Of a stretch of 64,000 nucleotides of DNA, positions 52,125-59,727 are shown in pieces. The first letter of the stretch is position 1. Each line of letters begins with the position of its first letter. The notes below the pieces were generated by a model. The model searched no databases and was not told where the DNA came from. It saw only the letters and a list, made by a program, of their open reading frames with translations. The stretch comes from a virus, in the IMG/VR virus record IMGVR_UViG_3300047408_000076, positions 1,071 to 65,070 of that record; one strand, 5' to 3'. A program made the translations under genes and the position numbers.

Positions 52125-54434
52125 TTGAGCACGCAAGCGCACGAGATCGTCTACCGGCGGCCGCCGCTCTATGACAAGCAGCGGGAGGCCATGTTCGATC
52201 CGGCGCGCATCTCACTGATTGAGGCGTCGACCAAGAGCGGCAAGACGGTCTCGGGCATCATCTGGCTGTACGAGCAAGCCATGATGGGCAAGCCTGGGCA
52301 GAATTTCTGGTGGGTTGCGCCAGTTTCGATGCAGGCGCGCATCGCGTTCAATCGCATGCGGCAGAACTTCCTCGATCAGGACGGGCGACCGATCTTCACG
52401 GTCAATGCCACTGACCACACGCTGACCAACGCGCGCGGTGCAGTGATCGCGTTCCGCTCTGGCGATCATCCTGACTGCTACGATGACCAGACCGATGTGC
52501 TGACGCAGCGAGGATGGATACCGTTCTCGGAACTGGTCGATAGCGACAGCATCATGACCCGCTCGCCTGCGGGGGAGGCGCAGTGGCAGAAGCCGACGCG
52601 GATCGTGCGCCATTTCTACGACGGCGAGATGGTTTCAATTCAGAACAGCCGCATCAGCTTGCGGGTCACGCCGCATCACCGGATGCTGGTCGAGCGCAGG
52701 CGCAAGGACGGGCTCAAGGAGCTATGGACGCGGGCCGATGAACTGAAGCCGCATGACAGCATCCCGGCCCAAGCAAGCTGGGTTGGCGTGGACGATCCAG
52801 CGATCACGGAGGATCAGTGCGCGCTACTTGGGTTCTATCTCGCCGAGGGATCGGCGCTTGGCAATGCGAGTAGCGAAGAGAAGGCGCGGGCGCTCACGGC
52901 AAGGATGGGATACCGCATCTTCTTCGCGCAGACAGCGGGCGTGAAGGGCGGCAACAAGGGCGATGTGCGAACAGCTTTTGCTGATCTACTGACGCGCATG
53001 AATTATCATGTGCGAGAGCGGCGAGATGGCCTGCTGATCTGGGACAAGGCACTGTGGGCGAAGCTGATCGCTCTTGGCAACAAATACACCAAGACGATCC
53101 CGCAGAAGATCAAGGACCTTCCACCGCACAAGCTGCGCGTGCTGTTGCACTGGATGATCTTGGGCGACGGCACAAGCAGGACGACGGTTGGCGGTTTGGA
53201 TGATCTGACCTATGCGAGTGCAAGCAAGCGGCTTGCCGACGACGTGCAGGAGATCGCGATCAAGTGCGGCCTCTCCGCGACGATCAAGACCAAGCCAACG
53301 GTGGCCTATCCGCGCGCAGGCGCGAGACCGTCAGGTTACCCGCTCTACATCGTTCGCATTCATTCGCCGCGCTCGCATCATCTGTCGTCCTCGAAGTGCG
53401 GGCGCTATTACGGCAAGGTCGGCTATCGCGGTATGATCTACTGCGCCAGCGTTCCCAACACGTGCATGTTGGTACGACGTGAAGGCAAGCCGTGCTGGTC
53501 GGGCAACACGCTCTATGGTGAAGATGTCTATGCCTGTGTGATTGACGAGGCGTCGCGCTTCAAGGAAGAAAGCTGGCACGCGATACGTTCGACATTAACG
53601 GCGACGCGCGGGCCGATCCGCATCATCGGCAACGTCAAAGGCCGCAAGAATTGGTTCTACCAGCTCGCGCGGCAGGCTGAGCAAGGACTTCCGAATCTTG
53701 CGTACCACAAGCTCACGGCATGGGACGCGGTCAATGCTGGCGTGCTCACCAAGGAAGAGATCGCGTCGGCCAAGGCGATGCTGCCCGAGCAAGTGTTCCG
53801 CGAGCTGTATCTCGCTGAGCCGAGCGACGACGAGGGCAATCCGTTCGGTGTGCAGCACGTTCGCGCATGTCTTGCGCCGCTTTCGGAGCGGCCGGCAATC
53901 GCATGGGGTTGGGACCTCGCGCGCAAGCAGGACTGGACGGTCGGCATCGGTCTCGATGCTGATGGGCGCGTGTGCGAGGCATTTAGGTTTCAGAAGCCAT
54001 GGCACGAGCAAGTCGAAATCATTAAAAAGTTCGTGGGCAACTCTCCAGCCCTGGTGGACGAGACAGGTGTTGGCGATCCGATCGTGGAGGCGATCAAGCT
54101 GCCGGTGCGCAAGGGCAGCAACGGAGCCGAGGTTATCGAGCTGAGCTGCCCGAGGCTTGAAGGCTATCGCTTCACCACGGCCAGCAAGCAGATGCTGATG
54201 GAAGGGCTGGCGCTGGCGATTCACGAGCGCAAGATTCGTTTCCCTGAAGGCCCGATCTCGATGGAGCTGATGAACTTCGAATATGAGTTCACGCGGCTCG
54301 GCATCAGGTACGGTGCGCCTCCTGGCATGCACGACGATTGCGTCTGTGCGCTCGCGCTGGCGTGGCGCTGCTTCGACAATAGGAAGCTGGCCTACGATCA
54401 GGACCTGTCATGGATCAGCGGTGACGACAAATGA
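52125..54434 (+). CDS. terL: Terminase large subunit containing an intein
   Basis: EASTKSGKT Walker A, VIDEA Walker B, IIGN motif, nuclease GWDLARKQDWTV and HDDCVCALALA. Confidence 0.9.
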   Translation: MSTQAHEIVYRRPPLYDKQREAMFDPARISLIEASTKSGKTVSGIIWLYEQAMMGKPGQNFWWVAPVSMQARIAFNRMRQNFLDQDGRPIFTVNATDHTLTNARGAVIAFRSGDHPDCYDDQTDVLTQRGWIPFSELVDSDSIMTRSPAGEAQWQKPTRIVRHFYDGEMVSIQNSRISLRVTPHHRMLVERRRKDGLKELWTRADELKPHDSIPAQASWVGVDDPAITEDQCALLGFYLAEGSALGNASSEEKARALTARMGYRIFFAQTAGVKGGNKGDVRTAFADLLTRMNYHVRERRDGLLIWDKALWAKLIALGNKYTKTIPQKIKDLPPHKLRVLLHWMILGDGTSRTTVGGLDDLTYASASKRLADDVQEIAIKCGLSATIKTKPTVAYPRAGARPSGYPLYIVRIHSPRSHHLSSSKCGRYYGKVGYRGMIYCASVPNTCMLVRREGKPCWSGNTLYGEDVYACVIDEASRFKEESWHAIRSTLTATRGPIRIIGNVKGRKNWFYQLARQAEQGLPNLAYHKLTAWDAVNAGVLTKEEIASAKAMLPEQVFRELYLAEPSDDEGNPFGVQHVRACLAPLSERPAIAWGWDLARKQDWTVGIGLDADGRVCEAFRFQKPWHEQVEIIKKFVGNSPALVDETGVGDPIVEAIKLPVRKGSNGAEVIELSCPRLEGYRFTTASKQMLMEGLALAIHERKIRFPEGPISMELMNFEYEFTRLGIRYGAPPGMHDDCVCALALAWRCFDNRKLAYDQDLSWISGDDK
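52476..53507 (+). mobile_element. Intein with LAGLIDADG homing endonuclease (344 aa)
   Basis: N-terminal CYDDQTDVLTQRGW, block B TPHHRML, LLGFYLAEGS and LLHWMILGDG blocks, C-terminal WSGN followed by Thr. Confidence 0.9.
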
Positions 54435-54529
54435 AGCTTCTGTCGCGGACGCGCCTCAAGCCTCCCGACGTGCCCGCGAACAGCGGCAGCTTCGACTGAT
54501 GGCGATTCGTCGGTTCGGAGCTGCCCGCT

Positions 54530-54907
54530 TTATACCGGCGGTGTCCAGGTCTGGGCATAGAGAATGTAGCCGACCTCGCAATTGCATAAGCCCTGCTTGA
54601 TGCACTCATCGATGTTGAGAGGATGATCGCTGGCGTCGCGCGTTGTTGCTGCGACGGCGTTTGCAGGACAAGCATGCTGGACGGTTGCTGCCAGCAAGCG
54701 CGCGATGGTGTCGCTCTGGCTCGCGACTGTGGTGTTGAGTAGATCGATCTGGGCTTGCAGACGATCGACATAGATTTGCACATTGTCGGCAGCTTCGGCA
54801 GCCATCACGGCGTTACGCATAGCTTGAGCGGCGGCCTCATTAGGGCCGATCATATTCGGTGCGGCTGCGGCGATGTTTTGTTGGCGTACCGGGTCTGGTT
54901 CGGTCAT
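54530..54907 (-). CDS. Hypothetical protein
   Basis: SD AAGGAG on the - strand; coiled-coil segment. Confidence 0.55.
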   Translation of the reverse strand: MTEPDPVRQQNIAAAAPNMIGPNEAAAQAMRNAVMAAEAADNVQIYVDRLQAQIDLLNTTVASQSDTIARLLAATVQHACPANAVAATTRDASDHPLNIDECIKQGLCNCEVGYILYAQTWTPPV

Positions 54908-55155
54908 GGCTTTGGCTCCTTCGGTGGCACTAAGGCATCGATGCGCTCGATGAACTCTGCGTCCCAGTCTCCGAGATCGACGAACATCCAGGCGCGGATG
55001 TCACCCAGTAATTCGCATGCCTTAGCGAATTGATGCTTCGAGATCATAGCGTCGGTTCGCAGCACACCGATCTCGGATTCGAGCTGCGCGATCTTTTTCA
55101 AGCCTGCGGCGACGCCCTGAGCGAGTTCGTCGTAGCTCGGTGTCGTATCTGTCAT
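54904..55155 (-). CDS. Hypothetical protein
   Basis: Stop overlaps the next - strand start. Confidence 0.5.
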   Translation of the reverse strand: MTDTTPSYDELAQGVAAGLKKIAQLESEIGVLRTDAMISKHQFAKACELLGDIRAWMFVDLGDWDAEFIERIDALVPPKEPKP

Positions 55156-55201
55156 GTGACGAGCCTATATGGGCGTTTCTGCAACAACAGGAGTACACGC
55201 G

Positions 55202-55747
55202 ATGCAGCCTTTTTTGGCAATGATCATTCCCGTCAGTCAGATTCCTGGCGGCCCGTCTGGGCCTGTTGATCCCGGCTACAGCCCGCCATGGGCTCAAGTG
55301 CCGGGTGGAGGTCCATCGCGGCCGCCGACCGGCCCGGTCGATCCGGGTTATAGCCCGCCGTGGGCACGACCTCCGGTCGACCCTGGGTACTCACCGCCAT
55401 GGGCGCGGCCGCGACCTCCTGGGCAGGGCGGCGGCGGCCCAGTCGATCCCGGCTATTCGCCGCCGTGGGCGCGGCCGGGTGGCGGGCCGGTCGATCCAGG
55501 ATACAGCCCACCATGGGCACAGGTGCCTGATCACCCGCCGCCGATATTCTTTCCGCCGCCGGGGCCAATCGATCCGGGCTATTCGCCACCGTGGGCTCAA
55601 GTTCCTGAGCTTCCGCCCACTGTTCCGCCGGCCACTGGTGGTGGTGAGCCGATTCCGGTCGTGTGGAAGACGGCATGGACGCCTGCGACCGGCTGGATTG
55701 TGGTGGGCGTTCCGCAAGGCCCGCACGTCACGCCGTCGAAGGCGTGA
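55202..55747 (+). CDS. Proline-rich protein with six P(V/I)DPGYSPPWA repeats
   Basis: SD AGGAG; repeats identical at the protein level but synonymously divergent. Confidence 0.8.
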   Translation: MQPFLAMIIPVSQIPGGPSGPVDPGYSPPWAQVPGGGPSRPPTGPVDPGYSPPWARPPVDPGYSPPWARPRPPGQGGGGPVDPGYSPPWARPGGGPVDPGYSPPWAQVPDHPPPIFFPPPGPIDPGYSPPWAQVPELPPTVPPATGGGEPIPVVWKTAWTPATGWIVVGVPQGPHVTPSKA

Positions 55748-55859
55748 AGCTTGGCGGTGTTGGTTCCATGCTGACGACACCGTCATGGGCGCGGCTGGAT
55801 GAATCGACATCCGGGGAGCTGGCGAGGCCGGATGACAGCGGCCTCCGCGCCTTACATTT

Positions 55860-56033
55860 ATGATCGTCGAAGACGCTGAGCGCAGAGAGTTCGAGAAGTG
55901 GGTTATTGAGCGCTCGCCTCCACGTTCCAACGCTGATTTATTGTTAGAAACATACGACGACGGGGAATACATGACTACTATTGTGAGGTGGGCCTGGGCT
56001 GCCTGGATGGAACGGGCGAAACGCATAGGGTGA
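55860..56033 (+). CDS. Small hypothetical protein (57 aa)
   Basis: Hand-translated REFEKW...EYM...WAWAAWMERA; fills the gap before the endolysin. Confidence 0.4.
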   Translation: MIVEDAERREFEKWVIERSPPRSNADLLLETYDDGEYMTTIVRWAWAAWMERAKRIG

Positions 56034-56040
56034 GGATGGA

Positions 56041-57423
56041 TTGAAGATGGCAAGCTGGCGAGTCGCACGAGCGCTTGAGACGCTGCTCACGCAGATCAAC
56101 GAGGCCGCGCCGAATCGCAGCAAGAGTTCTGATGGCAGCATCGGTGATGCGTCGCATCAGGCGAGTAAGAGCGACCATAATCCGAACAGTGCTGGTGTTG
56201 TGCAGGCACGTGACTTCACGCACGATCCGCGTGGAGGTTTCGACAGCTATCGCTTCGCCGAGCACTTGCGCACGCATCCCGACAAGCGCGTCAAGTACGT
56301 GATCTCGAATCGCAAGATATTTGCTGGCTATGGTGGCCCGCAGCCGTGGGAGTGGCGGAGCTATTCGGGATCGAATCCGCATGACCAGCACGCGCATGTC
56401 TCGGTCGAGGATAGCGCAACTCTTTATGACGACGGCTCGCCATGGCAGATGGGCATCACGGTTGGGCTGCCCGATCCGAGCGCGCCGACGATCACGCTGC
56501 CGGTGCTGCGTGTGGGCTCCAAGGGCTTCTATGTCTCGATGCTGCAAACGCTGCTCGGCATGACGGGCAAAGCCGTGGACGGCATTTTCGGCGAAGGCAC
56601 CAAGGCCGCGCTTCAACAGTTCCAGCGCGATCACAAGCTCGACGCTGATGGTGTCTGCGGCGTCTATAGCTGGCGCGAGCTGATGCGGCCGTGGGCGAAA
56701 GAGACCGGCATCCTACCGACTGATCCTAAGGCGAAGCTCACCGAGATGGCGATGGTTGCGCAGCAGACCGGCTCGACTGCGAGTGTGGATGAGCTTGTCG
56801 CGGCCTTTGTGGTGGTGCTGGAGGATATTTTGCCTCCGGGCTTTGTGCTCACGGCTGACGTGCCGCCTGTTCCGGTGGACGGCGAAGACTGGCTGCCACC
56901 GCCGCTGCCCGATCCTGATCCCGATCGCACCGAGTATCACGCCGTGGTGGATGGTGGTTATTACAGCGATGATCCGCTCAACAAGAAGAATCCGACTGCG
57001 ATTCGCTGCAACAATCCTGGTGCGATCAACACCACGTCGCACATTGCGAGCCTGCCCGGATACAATACGGCTTACGAGACCTCGAAGGGCAATCGCACGG
57101 CGGTGTTCTGGGCTCCAGAGTACGGCGTGCTCGCCTACCATGATTTGTTGAAGCGTTACCGCGACGCGGGCGCGGTGACGATTCGGCAGATCATCAAGCG
57201 CTATGGTGGGGGACAGGACTACAGCGCCTATGAGAAGTTCGTGTGCGAGTACACGGGGCTTCATGCCAACTACGAGATCAAGATCGATGGTAGCGACGAC
57301 GATGAGCTGCTGAGTTTCGCGCATGCCATGTTCCGTTACGAGGCTGGCAAGGAAACGCCGCTCTCTGATTTGCAGATCACCACTGGGTTCGGCCTCGCGC
57401 GCGAGCGCGAACGCATGGCATAG
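56041..57423 (+). CDS. Modular endolysin: Zn-peptidase-like + peptidoglycan-binding + lysozyme-like domains
   Basis: GSIGD.SH...SDHNP...ARD...KYVI...HDQHAHVS; DGIFG.GTKAAL.QFQ...L.ADG; CNNPGAI...F..PEYG...LLKRY...TIRQII.RY. Confidence 0.8.
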   Translation: MKMASWRVARALETLLTQINEAAPNRSKSSDGSIGDASHQASKSDHNPNSAGVVQARDFTHDPRGGFDSYRFAEHLRTHPDKRVKYVISNRKIFAGYGGPQPWEWRSYSGSNPHDQHAHVSVEDSATLYDDGSPWQMGITVGLPDPSAPTITLPVLRVGSKGFYVSMLQTLLGMTGKAVDGIFGEGTKAALQQFQRDHKLDADGVCGVYSWRELMRPWAKETGILPTDPKAKLTEMAMVAQQTGSTASVDELVAAFVVVLEDILPPGFVLTADVPPVPVDGEDWLPPPLPDPDPDRTEYHAVVDGGYYSDDPLNKKNPTAIRCNNPGAINTTSHIASLPGYNTAYETSKGNRTAVFWAPEYGVLAYHDLLKRYRDAGAVTIRQIIKRYGGGQDYSAYEKFVCEYTGLHANYEIKIDGSDDDELLSFAHAMFRYEAGKETPLSDLQITTGFGLARERERMA

Positions 57424-57433
57424 GGATTAGACC

Positions 57434-59242
57434 ATGGCTGCTTTCATTGATTTCGTGAGCTGGGCTCAGCGTTGGACCAACGAGGAATATTCGTTGTTTC
57501 GCACCCGCATGCGCGGTGTTCAGTTTCTCGGCCCCGATGTGCAGAGGAAATGGGATGTCGCGATTGCGCTCGACTACATCGACCTCGACGATCCGATCAT
57601 GGAGCCGTTCAAGGAGCAATTGGTAGTACAGAATATTCTCTCGCAAGATCGTGTGGACGTGATCTTCTCGCCGGATGGCACCAGTGCTACGCCGCCTGTG
57701 GGTGCTGGTCCGCCAGAAGGTGTTGGTCCACCAGGACTGCAAGGCCCGCCCGGACCTCAAGGTGAAGCTGGACCGCAGGGCGAGCCAGGACCGCAAGGCG
57801 ATCCTGGGCCTGTTGGCCCAGAAGGCCCGCAAGGCGAGGACGGCGCTCAAGGTCCAGAAGGTCTGCAAGGCCAGATTGGTCAGCAGGGAACACCGGGTGA
57901 CGCTGGGCCAATGGGACCAGAAGGCCCCGCTGGCGAAGATGGCACGCAGGGGCCTGCCGGTGTGCAGGGTTTGCCGGGACCGGAAGGTCCAGCGGGCATC
58001 CAGGGTTCGATCGGTGCGCAAGGACCGGCTGGGCCGCAAGGTGGTCAAGGCGAGCCTGGGTTGGTCGGCGCAGGAGGGCCGCAAGGGCCGCAGGGTGTGC
58101 AAGGACCGCCGGGAAACACTGCCACGATCATCGGCAGCTTCACCAACAAGACGATCGCCGAGCTACCGCCGTCAGGTTACATCCCGCAGGATTGGGATTC
58201 GCCCGGTAATCCGCCGCTCGGCAATCAGATGGCGAACGGGCAGGGGCTGCTCCATCAGCCGACGCAAGAGGTTTGCTTGTGGGTTGGCCCTACGCTGACG
58301 CCCGAGGGCTGGATCACGCTGGGCGACGTGCAAGGACCAGCGGGGCCAGCAGGGCCGCAAGGTCAGGACGGTGTGCAAGGGCCGCAGGGCATCCAAGGTC
58401 CACCGGGCTCTGACGCTTCGCCGGGGCAGCCGGGGCCGCAAGGTATACCTGGGCTGCAAGGTATCCAGGGCGAGCAGGGGCCTCAAGGCATCCAAGGCGT
58501 TGCTGGACCTCCGGGGCCGAAAGGCAATCCGGGTGATCCTGGCGCAACGGGTTTGCAGGGACCGCAAGGCGCGCCCGGCAACACGGGCGCGCAAGGCCAG
58601 AAGGGCGACACGGGCGTACAGGGGCCGCAGGGCGTTGCTGGCACGCAAGGTGCGCCCGGTGCGCAGGGCCTTGCTGGGCCGCAAGGACCGGCTGGCGCTG
58701 CTGGCGTGCAAGGACCTGCGGGTCCGTCTGCTGTCAGCGCGAACGCGGGCAACATAGCCAAGCTCGGTAGCGACAATCTCATCCTTGTCCCGGACAACGC
58801 GCCGCGCCGAGGCGTCACGGATGGCACTGACGCTGCTGCCGGGATGGTGGGCGAATATCTGCTGGCCAACAACACCGCTGGCAGCGCCTTGACCACAGGC
58901 GTGCCGATCAACGTCGCGACATTGACGTTGTCAGCAGGCGACTGGGACGTGTGGGGACAGACCATTTTCACTGAAGGAGCCAACACGATCCCGACCGTGC
59001 TGGCCTCAGCCACTTCTCCGAACTCTGCGACTCTGCCGACTCCTGCGCAGCTCGCGACCGGATTGGGAGCAATGTCGCAGATCGCCGCGACCATGACCAA
59101 GGGGCTCACTCAGATCATGCAGACGGGGCCGGATCGTTACAATTCCAGCGCTTCACAAAACGTCTACCTCGTATCGCAGGCGACTTTCAGCGGTGGGACG
59201 TTGAGTGTGACGGGCTTCATCTCGGCGCGACGAATCCGGTGA
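57434..59242 (+). CDS. Collagen-like (Gly-X-Y) fibre protein
   Basis: Two long G-P-Q/G-X-Y runs separated by a small globular insert; C-terminal beta domain ([12 protein letters not shown]...ISARRIR). Confidence 0.85.
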   Translation: MAAFIDFVSWAQRWTNEEYSLFRTRMRGVQFLGPDVQRKWDVAIALDYIDLDDPIMEPFKEQLVVQNILSQDRVDVIFSPDGTSATPPVGAGPPEGVGPPGLQGPPGPQGEAGPQGEPGPQGDPGPVGPEGPQGEDGAQGPEGLQGQIGQQGTPGDAGPMGPEGPAGEDGTQGPAGVQGLPGPEGPAGIQGSIGAQGPAGPQGGQGEPGLVGAGGPQGPQGVQGPPGNTATIIGSFTNKTIAELPPSGYIPQDWDSPGNPPLGNQMANGQGLLHQPTQEVCLWVGPTLTPEGWITLGDVQGPAGPAGPQGQDGVQGPQGIQGPPGSDASPGQPGPQGIPGLQGIQGEQGPQGIQGVAGPPGPKGNPGDPGATGLQGPQGAPGNTGAQGQKGDTGVQGPQGVAGTQGAPGAQGLAGPQGPAGAAGVQGPAGPSAVSANAGNIAKLGSDNLILVPDNAPRRGVTDGTDAAAGMVGEYLLANNTAGSALTTGVPINVATLTLSAGDWDVWGQTIFTEGANTIPTVLASATSPNSATLPTPAQLATGLGAMSQIAATMTKGLTQIMQTGPDRYNSSASQNVYLVSQATFSGGTLSVTGFISARRIR

Positions 59243-59254
59243 GTTTCGCACGGC

Positions 59255-59596
59255 ATGAACATCACTGAGCAGGTTGGCCAGACGACGCGGAGCTTCTTCG
59301 AGGCGCTCAAGGATCAGCCTTTGTCGATCGCGCTGGTCGTAATGAATTTCGTGCTGCTCGGATTCCTGTTCTACAGCGGTTCCACGACCGCATCAGCTCG
59401 CCAGGAAACGGTGAAGATGATCGTGGCATGGCAGGAGAAGACCGACACGCTGATGGCGAATTGCGTCTCGAAAGACGTGCTCGAATCGGTAGTGGGTGCG
59501 CTGGAGCGGCAACTGCAAGAGATGCGCAGGCAGCTCGATGGCGCTGGCCGCGAGCAGGTTCCGCTGCCGCGTCCGCGTTCTGAGCCTAATCCATGA
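59255..59596 (+). CDS. Single-TM coiled-coil protein, possible holin/spanin-type lysis component
   Basis: TM SIALVVMNFVLLGFLFYSG followed by a coiled segment; near the endolysin. Confidence 0.45.
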   Translation: MNITEQVGQTTRSFFEALKDQPLSIALVVMNFVLLGFLFYSGSTTASARQETVKMIVAWQEKTDTLMANCVSKDVLESVVGALERQLQEMRRQLDGAGREQVPLPRPRSEPNP

Positions 59597-59727
59597 ATCT
59601 CTGGCGCGCGTTTCGTTATTCGCAGTGGTGGCAAGAGATGCCGACGTGGCGGCGCATCCTGCTTGGAGCTACCGCGCTCGCGATCCTGGGGCTGATGATC
59701 TCGTTGATTTACGGGCAGTTCACATGA
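59593..59727 (+). CDS. Small membrane protein (44 aa)
   Basis: Hand-translated MNLWRAFRYSQWW...ILLGATALAILGLMISLIYGQFT; ATGA overlaps at both ends. Confidence 0.55.
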   Translation: MNLWRAFRYSQWWQEMPTWRRILLGATALAILGLMISLIYGQFT

